Shown: positions 48,048-59,747, numbered from the stretch's first letter. The stretch: 64,000 bases of DNA from an uncultured Pseudomonadota bacterium (GCA_903908265.1 CAIVRI010000038.1:28053-92052), one strand, 5' to 3'. Made by a program: numbers and translations. Notes: generated by a model from the sequence alone, not told the origin.

Positions 48048-48421
48048 GTGTGTCCGAGGCCTATCCGGAGCGCGTGTTGACGCTGTTCCAGACCACGCCG
48101 GGCGCGGGGCGTGGCGAGGCGGGTGTTTGGTACATCGGTGAGGCGCGTGAGCCTCTTTCGGCGACGCACGTGCGCGTCCACCTACAGGTTGATGGGGGTC
48201 GCATCAGCGCCGTGCGGTATGAGGTGCGCGGTTGCCCCTACACGGTCGCGGCAACGGCCTTGGTCGCGCAGCAGTGGACCCACGGCGCTCTGGGCGCTGT
48301 GTCGCTTGCGCCGCGTGCATTGCTGGGGGAGCTGGCGGCGCCGGTCACGAAACTCGGTCGTATGCTGGTGGTCCAAGACGCGTATTGTCTGGCGCTGCAA
48401 GCGGCGCGCTGTAAAGCCTAG
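48044..48421 (+). CDS. IscU/NifU-N-fold protein lacking two of the three cluster-ligand cysteines
   Basis: 125 aa that aligns by eye to IscU. VRVHLQVDGGRISAVRYEVRGCPYTVAATALVAQQW corresponds to MKLQIKV..IEDARFKTYGCGSAIASSSLVTEW. The GC cysteine is kept. The GxPxCGD cysteine and the C-terminal HC cysteine positions are non-Cys (EAREPLSATHV; TKLGRML). Its start overlaps the desulfurase stop (ATGA). Confidence 0.6.
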   Translation: MSVSEAYPERVLTLFQTTPGAGRGEAGVWYIGEAREPLSATHVRVHLQVDGGRISAVRYEVRGCPYTVAATALVAQQWTHGALGAVSLAPRALLGELAAPVTKLGRMLVVQDAYCLALQAARCKA

Positions 48422-48451
48422 AATTGCTGCTGTCGTCTGAGGAGACCTGGA

Positions 48452-48775
48452 ATGACCGTATCGCTGACTATCGCTGCCGCTGATCGGGTTCGCACCTTCC
48501 TAGAGACGCGCGGGCATGGGGTCGGGTTGCGTCTTGCAATCAAGCGTACAGGCTGCTCGGGCTATGCCTACGTGGTGAATTACGCGGACGCGATAGCGGC
48601 GGACGACACCGTGTTTGAGGATCAAGGCATCAAGGTCGTCGTGCCGGCTGACAGCCTCGAGTGGGTCGATGGTACGGAAGTCGACTTTGTCCGCCATGGT
48701 CTGAATGAGGCCTTCAAGTTCCGCAACCCACGAGCCAAGTCGGAGTGTGGCTGCGGCGAGAGCTTTTCCTTTTGA
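48452..48775 (+). CDS. iscA: A-type iron-sulfur cluster carrier (IscA/HesB family)
   Basis: 107 aa with GLRLAIKRTGCSGYAY and the C-terminal CGCGESF motif. Confidence 0.92.
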   Translation: MTVSLTIAAADRVRTFLETRGHGVGLRLAIKRTGCSGYAYVVNYADAIAADDTVFEDQGIKVVVPADSLEWVDGTEVDFVRHGLNEAFKFRNPRAKSECGCGESFSF

Positions 48776-48841
48776 TCCTCTGCTGAGCCTGCTGCTCCCG
48801 AAAATTCCCTTAAGTCTCACTCACTTCCGCGCTCCTGCGCG

Positions 48842-48871
48842 TTGCGGGAGGGGGGCGTCGGCCCGTACAAT
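48842..48871 (+). promoter_or_regulatory. Candidate sigma70-type promoter for ndk
   Basis: TTGCGG (48842-48847), an 18-nt spacer and TACAAT (48866-48871), about 37 nt upstream of the ndk ATG. This is a pattern match only. Confidence 0.3.
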
Positions 48872-48907
48872 AGGCGGCCTTTCCCTACGTGTTACCGGAG
48901 TTTACTC

Positions 48908-49339
48908 ATGGCGCTTGAGCGCACCCTGTCGATTATTAAGCCTGATGGTGTTCAAAAGAACCTCATCGGTCAGGTCTACGCTCGCTTTGAGAAGGCAGAT
49001 CTTCGTATCGTCGCTGCACGGATGCGTCATTTGACGCTCACCGAGGCAGAGGGCTTTTACGCGGTGCACCGTGAGCGTGGCTTTTTCAACGATTTGTGCC
49101 GCTACATGTCGTCTGGTCCAGTGGTCGTGTCCGTGTTGGAGGGTGAGAACGCGGTCGTTGTGCACCGCGATATCATGGGTGCTACCGACCCTAAGAAGGC
49201 GGCCCCTGGCACGATTCGAGCGGACTTTGCTGCGAGCATCGAAGAGAACGTAGCGCACGGCTCCGATTCGATCGAAAACGCGCGCAATGAAATCGCCTAT
49301 TTCTTCTCGGAAACGGAGCTTTGCCCGCGCACCCGCTGA
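48908..49339 (+). CDS. ndk: Nucleoside diphosphate kinase
   Basis: 143 aa from the ATG at 48908: [15 protein letters not shown]..., [26 protein letters not shown] (active-site His). Confidence 0.95.
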   Translation: MALERTLSIIKPDGVQKNLIGQVYARFEKADLRIVAARMRHLTLTEAEGFYAVHRERGFFNDLCRYMSSGPVVVSVLEGENAVVVHRDIMGATDPKKAAPGTIRADFAASIEENVAHGSDSIENARNEIAYFFSETELCPRTR

Positions 49340-49358
49340 GGGTGAACGGATAGTCGCC

Positions 49359-50483
49359 ATGACCGACGGCACTCAGGAGCGCATCAATCTGCTCGGGCTA
49401 GCGCCGGCGGATATGGAGGCGTTCACCGTCGGTCTGGGCGAGAAACCATTCAGGGGGCGCCAGCTCCTGACATGGCTGTACAAGCGGCGCGAGAGTGACT
49501 TTGACGGGATGACCGATCTCGGCAAAGTGCTGCGTGCCCGCTTGGCAGAACTCGCCGAAGTGCGGATGCCGGAGATCGTCTCTGAGCACGCCAGTGCGGA
49601 CGGTACTCGTAAATGGCTACTCCGCGCCGGTCGCTCTGACGGTCGCGATCAGGCGATTGAAACGGTGTTTATCCCCGAAATGGGTCGCGGCACGCTGTGC
49701 ATTTCCTCACAGGTCGGCTGCGCACTCGACTGCCGCTTTTGTTCCACTGGCGCGCAGGGATTTAACCGCAATCTGACCACTGCCGAGATTGTCGGTCAGG
49801 TGTGGCTGGCGAACGAACGGTTGGGCGTTGCGCCGGATGGCGCACGCGCCATCACGAATATTGTTTTGATGGGCATGGGCGAACCGCTGGCCAACTACAA
49901 AAACGTATTGCCGGCGCTCCGTATCTTCCTCGACGATCGCTGTTTCGATTTATCGCGCCGGCGCGTGACGCTGTCGACTTCTGGTCTCGTGCCGCAGATC
50001 TACAAACTTGCTGAAGATATTAACGTTGCTCTCGCGGTCTCATTACACGCCCCCAATGACGCGCTGCGTAGTGAGTTGGTGCCGATCAATCGTCGCCACC
50101 CGATCGCCGAATTGCTAGAAGCATGCTGGCATTACCTAGATGCCCAGAATGGCCGATCCATTACGTTCGAATACGTGATGCTGGATGGCGTCAATGATCG
50201 CCCTGAGCACGCGCGCGAATTGGTCGGGCTGCTGCAGGGCCGGGATGCCAAGGTCAATCTCATCCCATTCAATCCGTTTCCAGGTTCGGATTACCGTCGG
50301 TCTAAGCCGGAGGTGATCAGTTACTTTCGTGATTATCTGAACGGTCGCGGGGTCACCGCAACGGTGCGGCGGACGCGCGGGGACGATATCGATGCGGCCT
50401 GCGGTCAATTGGCTGGTCGTGTGCATGACCGCACGACAGTACGTTTGGGTACCAAGATGATTTCGGTTGCGGTCGAGTCATGA
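49359..50483 (+). CDS. rlmN: 23S rRNA/tRNA m2A methyltransferase RlmN (radical SAM)
   Basis: [12 protein letters not shown]-terminal block, radical-SAM motif [21 protein letters not shown], and the C-terminal [11 protein letters not shown] cysteine. Confidence 0.93.
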   Translation: MTDGTQERINLLGLAPADMEAFTVGLGEKPFRGRQLLTWLYKRRESDFDGMTDLGKVLRARLAELAEVRMPEIVSEHASADGTRKWLLRAGRSDGRDQAIETVFIPEMGRGTLCISSQVGCALDCRFCSTGAQGFNRNLTTAEIVGQVWLANERLGVAPDGARAITNIVLMGMGEPLANYKNVLPALRIFLDDRCFDLSRRRVTLSTSGLVPQIYKLAEDINVALAVSLHAPNDALRSELVPINRRHPIAELLEACWHYLDAQNGRSITFEYVMLDGVNDRPEHARELVGLLQGRDAKVNLIPFNPFPGSDYRRSKPEVISYFRDYLNGRGVTATVRRTRGDDIDAACGQLAGRVHDRTTVRLGTKMISVAVES

Positions 50484-51235
50484 AAGGCGCTGCTGTAACA
50501 GTGGTCGCGCTGATTCTGTTAGGCATGGCGCTGCACGCTAGGGCCGAAGGCGCTGACAGCGACCAGGCGGCGACTGCGGCGCGCCTCAATGCGCAATTGG
50601 CAGTCGGCTACTTGAAGCAAGGCGACGTCACTACTGCGCGAGAAAAAGTGGATAAGGCGCTACGACAGAACGAACACGATGCGTTCGTTCAGACCGTAGC
50701 GGGCCTCGTTTACGAAAGGCTGCAGGAGCGCGATAACGCCGATCGCCACTACGCCCGCGCCGTTAAGCTGGATCCTAAAGATCCGGACTTGCAGAATAAT
50801 TACGGTGGCTTTCAGTGTCGCAATGGCCGCTCGGGGGATGGTCAGAAGTTATTTGAGCAGGCGGCCCGCAATCCGGTCTACTCGACCCCGGAGGTCGCCT
50901 ACGCCAATGCAGGCGTGTGTGCGCGCAGTGCAGGCGATAATGCCAAAGCGGAGGCGTACTTTCGCCGTGCTTTGGCCCTGCGCTCTGATTTTCCAGATGC
51001 GCTCCTGCAACTGGCGGACCTCAATGTCCAACAGGGTAGCGCGCTCGCCGCGCGTGGGTTGCTTGAGCGGTATTTTCAGGTAGCACCGCGCACGCCGGAA
51101 TCCTTGGCCTTGGCAGTGCGCGTGGAGCGTGCGCAAGGGGATGGGTCGGCTGCACGGCGTTACTTGGATGAGTTGGAACGGAGTTTTCCAGACGCGCCGC
51201 AGGTCCAAGAGCTGCGCCGAGCCCTCGTGCCGTGA
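50480..51235 (+). CDS. pilW: TPR-repeat type IV pilus biogenesis/stability protein PilW (PilF-like)
   Basis: 251 aa with a signal sequence followed by TPR repeats ([24 protein letters not shown]...). It holds the conserved position between rlmN and rodZ. Both junctions overlap (ATGA, GTGA). Confidence 0.75.
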   Translation: MKGAAVTVVALILLGMALHARAEGADSDQAATAARLNAQLAVGYLKQGDVTTAREKVDKALRQNEHDAFVQTVAGLVYERLQERDNADRHYARAVKLDPKDPDLQNNYGGFQCRNGRSGDGQKLFEQAARNPVYSTPEVAYANAGVCARSAGDNAKAEAYFRRALALRSDFPDALLQLADLNVQQGSALAARGLLERYFQVAPRTPESLALAVRVERAQGDGSAARRYLDELERSFPDAPQVQELRRALVP

Positions 51236-52095
51236 CAGCCGACGCAATTAATTGGTTTAGCGATGAGCCCGGCGCCATGCTGCTGCGGGCCCGCGAGGCT
51301 AAGGGCATAACGGTCGGCAAAGTGGCCGCCGATCTGTTGGTAACGACGGCAGTGGTCGAAGCGATGGAGTCTAATCGTTTCGATGTTTTTGGAGCGCCTG
51401 TCTATGCGAAGGGTTTTTTGCGCAAATATGCCCTCTTGGTTGACCTCGATCCCCTGACGGTCCTCGGCGCCTACGAAGGCCGCTCGGGTGGTGTGGTCGA
51501 GCCGACCTACGTGCTGCGTACGGCGTCGGCACCCGGTCTGCGTCTGCGGGCTCCCTTCCGATTTCGCCTGCCGACGTGGCAGAGGATCGCCACGGTCCTT
51601 GCTGTGGTCGTCGTGTTGGTGGGCGGCTACCGTTATTCGGGGTATCGCTCCGGAGCGGCTCGGGCAGTGGTTCCTATGGCGGTGAAGCCGGTGGTGGTGT
51701 CGACAGAGAAGGCGACGAGCGAAGTCGACCCCATGCCGACGCAGACCGTGCCCTCTGTATCGTTGCCGACGCATGGCGACGACAACGGCGCACTTTCGCC
51801 AGCGCCGATGCAGGCGATGGCGTCTGCGCCCGTAGGCCGTGATGAGCTCAGTATTCGAGGCGTCAAGGACGCTTGGGTCGAAGTGCGTGGCGTTGATGGG
51901 ACCCGCCTTTTCTACGACCACGTCCGCGGTGGCGAAATGCGCACCGTCCACGGAGCGGGACCGTGGAGAATGTATCTCAGTGACGCTGACGGCGTCGAGG
52001 TGAGCCTTGGCGCTCACATTGTGGATGTGCCGGCTTCGCGCCGAAGTGGCGCCGAAGCGCGCTTCGGATTGAAGTCCGATGGCACGATCCTCTGA
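51232..52095 (+). CDS. rodZ: Cytoskeleton protein RodZ (HTH domain, TM segment, C-terminal DUF4115-type domain)
   Basis: N-terminal HTH block LLRAREAKGITVGKVAADLLVTTAVVEAMESNRFD...VYAKGFLRKYA, a central TM segment (IATVLAVVVVLVGGY), and a C-terminal beta-rich block (LSIRGVKDAWVEVRGVDG...). Confidence 0.8.
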   Translation: MTADAINWFSDEPGAMLLRAREAKGITVGKVAADLLVTTAVVEAMESNRFDVFGAPVYAKGFLRKYALLVDLDPLTVLGAYEGRSGGVVEPTYVLRTASAPGLRLRAPFRFRLPTWQRIATVLAVVVVLVGGYRYSGYRSGAARAVVPMAVKPVVVSTEKATSEVDPMPTQTVPSVSLPTHGDDNGALSPAPMQAMASAPVGRDELSIRGVKDAWVEVRGVDGTRLFYDHVRGGEMRTVHGAGPWRMYLSDADGVEVSLGAHIVDVPASRRSGAEARFGLKSDGTIL

Positions 52096-52118
52096 TTAAC
52101 CGTAAAGGACCCGATGCG

Positions 52119-53390
52119 TTGAGCGAGCATATTGAGCCGTTACGCGGCATGAATGACGTCCTGCCAGACGAGGCCCGTTGGTGGAACCGCCTTGAGGCAG
52201 TTGCACGTGAGGTCTTCTCGAACTATGGCTACCGCGAGATCCGCGTGCCATTGCTCGAGCGTACCCAATTGTTCAAGCGAGCCATTGGTGAGTACACCGA
52301 TATTGTGGAGAAGGAAATGTTTAGCTTCGAGGACCGTGATGGGCAAAGCCTTGCCCTACGTCCCGAAGCAACGGCGAGCATCGTTCGGGCGGCGATCTCA
52401 AATGGGCTCCTGCACAACCAAAAACATCGTCTCTTTACTATTGGTCCAATGTTCCGGGGTGAGCGACCGCAGAAGGGTCGCTACCGGCAGTTCTACCAAA
52501 TTGATGCGGAGGCCTTCGGTTACGGTGGCCCAGAGGTCGATGCTGAACTGATTCTCATGACTGCCCGTATGTGGAGGCAGTTGGGTATCTCTCGTGTGCG
52601 CTTAGAGATCAACTCCTTGGGCACGGCCGAGGCACGGGCGCAGTATCGTGATTTGTTGCGCGAGTATCTGCGCGCCCACGAGGCGCAGCTGGATGCGGAC
52701 AGTGTGCGTCGTCTGCAGGGCAATCCGCTACGGGTTCTGGACAGCAAAAATCCTGATATGGCTGAACTGATCGCCGCGGCGCCACTGCTGACCGATCATT
52801 TAGACGAGGAGTCGCGTGTCCATTTCGAGCGATTGAAAGCGTTGCTCGAGGCTGCCGGTGTTCCGTATACCGTGAACCCGCGCCTCGTGCGCGGCCTCGA
52901 CTATTACAGTCGCACGGTCTTTGAGTGGGTAACCGATGCGCTCGGATCGCAAAATGCGGTCTGTTCCGGTGGACGATATGACGGGTTGGTTACTCAACTC
53001 GGTGGTGAATCGACGCCGGCGATTGGCTGGGCGATGGGCATGGAGCGTACGATTCTGCTGATGCAGGAACTAGGCTGTGATGCGCCGGTCGAAAGCCCTG
53101 ACGTGTATTTTGTGATGGCCGGCGCAACAGCATTGGCTCGCGGCCTGCAGTTGGCCGAGGATGTGCGTACGGCAGCTCCAAGGTTGAAATTGGAGACGGA
53201 TCTCGGAGGCGGGAGTTTTAAGGCGCAATTCAAGCGCGCCGATAAGAGTGGGGCGAAGGTTGCCGTTGTGCTCGGCGACGACGAAGTGGTCCGCGGTGAG
53301 GCGAGCGTAAAGCCGCTGCGCGGTGGCGAACAGACGACAATTTCCTTCGATGCGCTAGCGGCGCATCTAGAGGCAATCGTCGCGGGTTAA
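52119..53390 (+). CDS. hisS: Histidine--tRNA ligase
   Basis: Blocks RGMNDVLPDE, LRPEATASIVRA, GPMFRGERPQKGRYRQFYQIDAE and CSGGRYDGLV, plus a C-terminal anticodon-binding domain. A TTG start at 52119 is inferred, because the homologous N-terminus precedes the first ATG. Confidence 0.93.
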   Translation: MSEHIEPLRGMNDVLPDEARWWNRLEAVAREVFSNYGYREIRVPLLERTQLFKRAIGEYTDIVEKEMFSFEDRDGQSLALRPEATASIVRAAISNGLLHNQKHRLFTIGPMFRGERPQKGRYRQFYQIDAEAFGYGGPEVDAELILMTARMWRQLGISRVRLEINSLGTAEARAQYRDLLREYLRAHEAQLDADSVRRLQGNPLRVLDSKNPDMAELIAAAPLLTDHLDEESRVHFERLKALLEAAGVPYTVNPRLVRGLDYYSRTVFEWVTDALGSQNAVCSGGRYDGLVTQLGGESTPAIGWAMGMERTILLMQELGCDAPVESPDVYFVMAGATALARGLQLAEDVRTAAPRLKLETDLGGGSFKAQFKRADKSGAKVAVVLGDDEVVRGEASVKPLRGGEQTTISFDALAAHLEAIVAG

Positions 53391-53462
53391 TTCATGAACT
53401 CCGTCGGCGACTGCGCGGTATTTCGCGGCATCGGATGACGGACAGCAGGCGGGAGAGAAAGC

Positions 53463-54113
53463 GTGGAAGAATATCTGTCAGAACGTCAGCAAGTAGAACA
53501 GGTCAAGTCGTGGGTCAAAGAGAATGCCGCATGGGCAATCGGCGGCCTTGTGCTTGGATTTGTTCTGCTATTCGGCATCAAACAGTGGAAGGTCTACACC
53601 GAAAGCAAGGCGCAGGCGGGCGCTGAGCAGTACCAGTTGGTACTGCAGGCGCTGTCGCGTAACGACACCGCGGGTGCCGACAAAATCGTCAAGACCTTGC
53701 AGGATGATTACCGACGAACGCCGTACAACGACCTTGCGAACCTTGCCTATGTGCGGTTCGACGTCGAGGCTGGTCGGTTGGAGCCGGCGGCGACCCGATT
53801 GCAATCTGTGGTGCAGTCAACCAATGACCCTGAGATGGCGCAGGTGGCCCGGATGCGCCTCGCGCGTGTACAGGCGGCGCTAGGGAAGTTTGATGATGCA
53901 CTGAAGACCTTGGGTGATGCCACGGGCCCCGCATTTGATGACGTACGTGGCGACGTCTTGTTCCAGAAGGGTGACCGCAGCGCGGCGGTTGTCGCTTGGA
54001 ACGCTGTCTTGGCCAGTGGTGCGCACCGCGGCGTGGATCGCCAGATTCTTGAATTGAAGATTGGTGCCGCCGGCGGCATCGTCACGGCAGTGCATCCGGA
54101 CGGCACCCCATGA
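53463..54113 (+). CDS. yfgM: YfgM-family membrane-anchored TPR-like protein (ancillary SecYEG subunit)
   Basis: 216 aa with the N-terminal block EQVEQVKSWVKENAAWAIGGLVLGFVLLFG (single TM) followed by a helical repeat domain. It holds the conserved position between hisS and bamB. GTG start. Confidence 0.78.
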   Translation: MEEYLSERQQVEQVKSWVKENAAWAIGGLVLGFVLLFGIKQWKVYTESKAQAGAEQYQLVLQALSRNDTAGADKIVKTLQDDYRRTPYNDLANLAYVRFDVEAGRLEPAATRLQSVVQSTNDPEMAQVARMRLARVQAALGKFDDALKTLGDATGPAFDDVRGDVLFQKGDRSAAVVAWNAVLASGAHRGVDRQILELKIGAAGGIVTAVHPDGTP

Positions 54114-55276
54114 TGCGTATCGCCGGCTTGCTGCGCACGGTCGTTGCAATGACGCTGCTGGGCGGCGTCTTGGCAGCCTGCGATAAGGACAAGGATGTTG
54201 AGCCGCCTAAAGCGTTGGTCGCATTTAAAGCCCAAGTCGCCGTAGAGCGTGTATGGACCGCCAGTCTGGGTGGTAAGGATCATCGTCTGCGTTTGGCCTT
54301 GGTGCCGGCGCTGGATGAAGGTCATCTCTATGCAGCCGGTGGGGAAGGGCAGGTGGGTGCATACGATGCAGTGAGCGGCCGGTCGCTCTGGCACGTCGTG
54401 TCGAAGTTGCCGCTTTCGGCAGGGCCTGGTGCAGGGGCTGGGCTCGTGGTGCTCGGCACATTGGATGGTCGAGTGCTGGCCTTGGACGCAGCCACAGGCG
54501 CGCGGCGCTGGTTAATTCGGACTAGTGGCGAAGTGTTGGCGCCACCGACCGTCACTGCCAGCGGCATCTTGTTGCGTACCGTGGATGGCCATTTGCACAA
54601 TCTGGCGCTGGCAGACGGACGTGAAGTTTGGTCCAACGAGCAACCCGTGCCGGCCTTGACGCTGCGCGGTACCGCCGCACCCACGGTGGTTGGTGATGCG
54701 GTGATTGCGGCGTTCGATAACGGCAAGGTTTCCGCGTATGCGCTAACCAATGGCGATATTCTCTGGGACACTGCGGTCAGTCCTTCGCGTGGCAAGACGG
54801 AGCTCGAGCGCCTCGTCGATATCGATGGCCCCGTCGTTGCTGAAGGGCGCGACTTGTTCGTGGTGGGCTTCCAAGGACGTGTTGCGCAATTGGGTCTCGA
54901 TACTGGACAAATTTGGTGGTCGCGTGACTCCTCTTCATATCGTGGATTGACGCTTGCGGGTGACAGCCTGTTCGTGACCTCCGCAGACAGTAAGATTTTG
55001 GCCCTTTCGCGTCGCGATGGCACAGAGCGATGGACGCAGGATGCGCTGGCGCGTCGTGGTCTGACGCGTCCGGTTGTCGATGGCGATTCGATCGTCGTCG
55101 TTGATTTCGAAGGCTTTGTGCATTGGCTGGATCGCTCTACCGGTACGCTAGTAGGACGGATTGGCACGGCGCGCAAGGCGCGAGTAACCAATGCCCCCAT
55201 CGCCGGCAACGGCTTGGTTTATGTGCAGAACGACGCCGGTCAGGTGTTCGCTCTGAGGGGGCGCCCGCGGTCTTAA
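54110..55276 (+). CDS. bamB: Outer membrane protein assembly factor BamB (beta-propeller lipoprotein)
   Basis: Lipobox LLGGVLAAC, then repeated propeller blades (G.V.ALDA.TG...W). Its start overlaps the yfgM stop. It is followed by der. Confidence 0.9.
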   Translation: MMRIAGLLRTVVAMTLLGGVLAACDKDKDVEPPKALVAFKAQVAVERVWTASLGGKDHRLRLALVPALDEGHLYAAGGEGQVGAYDAVSGRSLWHVVSKLPLSAGPGAGAGLVVLGTLDGRVLALDAATGARRWLIRTSGEVLAPPTVTASGILLRTVDGHLHNLALADGREVWSNEQPVPALTLRGTAAPTVVGDAVIAAFDNGKVSAYALTNGDILWDTAVSPSRGKTELERLVDIDGPVVAEGRDLFVVGFQGRVAQLGLDTGQIWWSRDSSSYRGLTLAGDSLFVTSADSKILALSRRDGTERWTQDALARRGLTRPVVDGDSIVVVDFEGFVHWLDRSTGTLVGRIGTARKARVTNAPIAGNGLVYVQNDAGQVFALRGRPRS

Positions 55277-55291
55277 CCGCGGACCTCCCAC

Positions 55292-56677
55292 ATGCTGCCA
55301 GTCATCGCGATCGTCGGCCGACCCAACGTCGGCAAGTCCACCCTCTTTAACGTGCTTACCGGCACCCGCGACGCCATTGTCGCGGATATGCCCGGCTTGA
55401 CCCGCGATCGCCAATACGGATTCGGCAAGCGTGGTGGCCGCTATATCGTTGTGGACACAGGGGGGCTCGTCGACGCTCCTCTGGGCGTCGAAACCCTCAT
55501 GGTGCAGCAGACCGAACGTGCGGTCGAAGAGGCGGATCGCATTCTTTTCGTCGTCGACACGCGTTCTGGCCCGACGCCGGAGGACCTCAGCGTGCTTGGG
55601 CGCATGCGCAAGGCGGGCAAGCGCGTCTTCCTGGTCGCAAATAAATCCGAAGGGGTTGAGCGAGAGATGGCGGGCCTCGAGTTCCATTCTTTTGGACTGG
55701 GTCAACCGATACCGATTTCTGCCGCGCATAACGAGGGCATCGATGCGCTGGTGCTAGAAATGCTGGCGGGCATTCCAGTGGAGCCTGAGCCTGAGCCGAG
55801 CCGTGAGGAACCGATCCGCATCGCGGTAGTCGGGCGTCCGAATGTTGGCAAGTCAACGCTGATCAATCGCTTGATTGGTGAAGAGCGCGTCGTGACGTTT
55901 GATGAGCCAGGCACTACCCGCGACAGCGTGTATGTTCCATTCGAGCGTGACGGGCATAGCTACATATTGATCGATACGGCGGGCGTGCGGCGTCGTGCGC
56001 GTGTGGAAGAAGCCGTTGAGAAGTTTTCGGTGATCAAGGCGCTGCAAGCAATCGATGAGGCGCACGTCGTCATCGGCGTTTTGGACGGCCATGAAACCGT
56101 TGCTGACCAGGACGCGCACTTGCTGGGACACGTCGCTGAGCGCGGCCGCGCCTTGCTGCTGGCAGTCAATAAGTGGGACCACATACCGGCTGATCAACGC
56201 GATCACATGCGCAATCAGCTGGAATTGAAGTTACCGTTCCTAGACTTCGCACAGCGCCATTTTATCTCTGCGTTGCACGGCACTGGCGTCGGCGATTTGC
56301 TGTCGCAAGCGCGGCGTGCGGCGCGTGCATCCATGAAGGATCTGGCCACCCCGGAATTGACGCGGGTACTGGAGGCGGCGCTCGAGGCGCACCAGCCACC
56401 ACTCGTGCGCGGTCGCCGCATTAAATTGCGCTATGCCCACCAGGGAGGAAAAAACCCTCCCGTGATCGTGATTCATGGCAATCAAGTCGTGCATGTGCCT
56501 GAAGCGTTTCGCCGGTATCTGGTGAACACGTTCCGGGAAGCCTTTAAGCTGCATGGCACGCCAGTACGGGTTGTGTTTCGGTCGGACGTGAACCCGTTTG
56601 CGGGTAAACGCAACGTACTGACCCCGCGGCAAGTATCCAAGCGACGTCGCTTGATCAAACACGCAAAGGGTCGCTGA
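55292..56677 (+). CDS. der: Ribosome-associated GTPase Der (EngA), double G-domain
   Basis: Two G1 motifs ([14 protein letters not shown]; [14 protein letters not shown]), two DTGG/DTAG motifs, NKSE/NKWD, and a C-terminal KH-like domain. Confidence 0.95.
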   Translation: MLPVIAIVGRPNVGKSTLFNVLTGTRDAIVADMPGLTRDRQYGFGKRGGRYIVVDTGGLVDAPLGVETLMVQQTERAVEEADRILFVVDTRSGPTPEDLSVLGRMRKAGKRVFLVANKSEGVEREMAGLEFHSFGLGQPIPISAAHNEGIDALVLEMLAGIPVEPEPEPSREEPIRIAVVGRPNVGKSTLINRLIGEERVVTFDEPGTTRDSVYVPFERDGHSYILIDTAGVRRRARVEEAVEKFSVIKALQAIDEAHVVIGVLDGHETVADQDAHLLGHVAERGRALLLAVNKWDHIPADQRDHMRNQLELKLPFLDFAQRHFISALHGTGVGDLLSQARRAARASMKDLATPELTRVLEAALEAHQPPLVRGRRIKLRYAHQGGKNPPVIVIHGNQVVHVPEAFRRYLVNTFREAFKLHGTPVRVVFRSDVNPFAGKRNVLTPRQVSKRRRLIKHAKGR

Positions 56678-56693
56678 GACACGAGGGATAATA

Positions 56694-56714
56694 CATCCGC
56701 CGTTGCGGCGGGTG
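56694..56714 (+). terminator. Small hairpin downstream of der (weak terminator candidate)
   Basis: CATCCGCCG-TTG-CGGCGGGTG: 9 pairs including one G-U, with no U-tract. Confidence 0.3.
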
Positions 56715-56778
56715 CGGCGTCTGTGCACGCAGAAGAGACCATTTGCGAATGATTCGCGTGCTGCCAGTACCGAACCGG

Positions 56779-58122
56779 TCAGATCAGGCGTTCTGTGATC
56801 TTCGCGCGCACGCGCCCCTGCCCTAAACGGGCTTCAATCGTATCGCCGATTGCGACTGCGTCGCTGCTGCGTACCACAGGCCCGTTGAGGTGGCTGACGA
56901 TTGCGTACCCGCGTTCCAAGGTCGCCAGGGGGCTGACGACTTGCAGCGTGCGTACCGCGCCTTCAAAACGACTGCGGTGGCTGCGCAACTGGCTGGCGAT
57001 TGCTCGGGCCAGTCGCTGCGCGCGCGCCTGCAGCGCGTCGCTGCGCTGGGCCAGTTGGCGCCCCGGATGCACCAGCGCCAGCCGACCGCCGAGCCAGCGC
57101 AGATGGCCCGAGCGGGCATCTTGGGTGCGGCGCCAAGCGCCGACCAGCCGCACTTCCAGTTCATCCAGACGCTGCATCCGTTCGCGTAGGCGCAGGCGGG
57201 GGTGCGCTTGTCCGAGCCGGCGGCCCAGATAGGCGAGTCGATCCGAATGACCGCGTAGGATGCGTCTGGAGACGGAGGCGAGGCGGTTGCGGTGCGCTTC
57301 CAAGGTGCGTCGCCACTCGGCCTGATCAGGTGCGACCAATTCGGCTGCGCCGGACGGGGTCGGTGCGCGCAGGTCGGCGGCGAAGTCCGCGATCGTGGTG
57401 TCGGTCTCGTGGCCGATACCGGCAACCACGGGGATTTGGCAGGCCCGGATGGCGCGCGCAACAATTTCCTCGTTGAAGGACCAGAGGTCTTCCAGTGAGC
57501 CGCCGCCGCGGGCGAGGATCAGCACATCGACCTCGGCGCGCGCTGAGGCGAGCACGAGCGCCCGTGCAATCTCGGCGGCCGAGCCGGCGCCCTGGACGGG
57601 AACCGGATACAACAACACGGGGATCGACGGGAAGCGCCGCTTCAGAACGTGGAGGATGTCGCGTAGGGCAGCGCCCGCGGGGGACGTGATCAGTCCAATT
57701 CGGCGGGGTAGGCGCGGCAGCGGGCGCTTGGCCGCGGTATCGAACAGGCCTTCGGCCGCGAGATTGGCTTTGAGTTCCTCAAAGCGACGGCGCAGGGCCC
57801 CCTCACCGGCGTCTTCCAGGTAATCGACGTTGAATTGGAAGCTGCCGCGCGCGGGATAAACGCCGGCTTTGCCAAAGACGAGTACCCTTAGCCCATCCCG
57901 AGGCGCGACCGGGGCGCGCAGCGCCTTGCTCTTCCAGAGGGTGCAGGAAATCTGGGAAACATCGTCTTTGACCGTAAAGTACCAGTGCCCGGAGGGGTAC
58001 CGCTTCACGTTGGACAGTTCGCCCTCGAGCCAAAGTGCCGGCAGGCCACCATCGAGCACGAAATTTGCCTCGAGGCAGAGTCGGGAGACCGAATAGACGT
58101 CGCGAAGAGGTGGGCTGGACAT
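56779..58122 (-). CDS. xseA: Exodeoxyribonuclease VII large subunit
   Basis: 447 aa with an N-terminal OB-fold block (LWLEGELSNVKRYPSGHWYFTVKD), GLITSPAGAALRDIL, ARGGGSLEDLW and a C-terminal coiled coil. It is divergent from guaB, as is classical. Confidence 0.93.
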   Translation of the reverse strand: MSSPPLRDVYSVSRLCLEANFVLDGGLPALWLEGELSNVKRYPSGHWYFTVKDDVSQISCTLWKSKALRAPVAPRDGLRVLVFGKAGVYPARGSFQFNVDYLEDAGEGALRRRFEELKANLAAEGLFDTAAKRPLPRLPRRIGLITSPAGAALRDILHVLKRRFPSIPVLLYPVPVQGAGSAAEIARALVLASARAEVDVLILARGGGSLEDLWSFNEEIVARAIRACQIPVVAGIGHETDTTIADFAADLRAPTPSGAAELVAPDQAEWRRTLEAHRNRLASVSRRILRGHSDRLAYLGRRLGQAHPRLRLRERMQRLDELEVRLVGAWRRTQDARSGHLRWLGGRLALVHPGRQLAQRSDALQARAQRLARAIASQLRSHRSRFEGAVRTLQVVSPLATLERGYAIVSHLNGPVVRSSDAVAIGDTIEARLGQGRVRAKITERLI

Positions 58123-58169
58123 GGGGATAGATATTAACTCGACTGAGGCGAACTCTTTGATTTACGTAA

Positions 58170-59744
<1,575 letters not shown>

Positions 59745-59747
59745 ACC

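Noticed and set aside
51160-52017. 285-aa minus-strand ORF opposite rodZ, plus similar long antisense ORFs at 54328-55209, 53747-54394, 46830-47447, 56823-57464, 59121-59771 and 63080-63691
   Set aside because: Each lies opposite a confidently identified gene (rodZ, bamB, yfgM, iscS-like, xseA, guaB, OMF). Each has the Arg/Pro/His-biased composition typical of non-coding frames in high-GC DNA.
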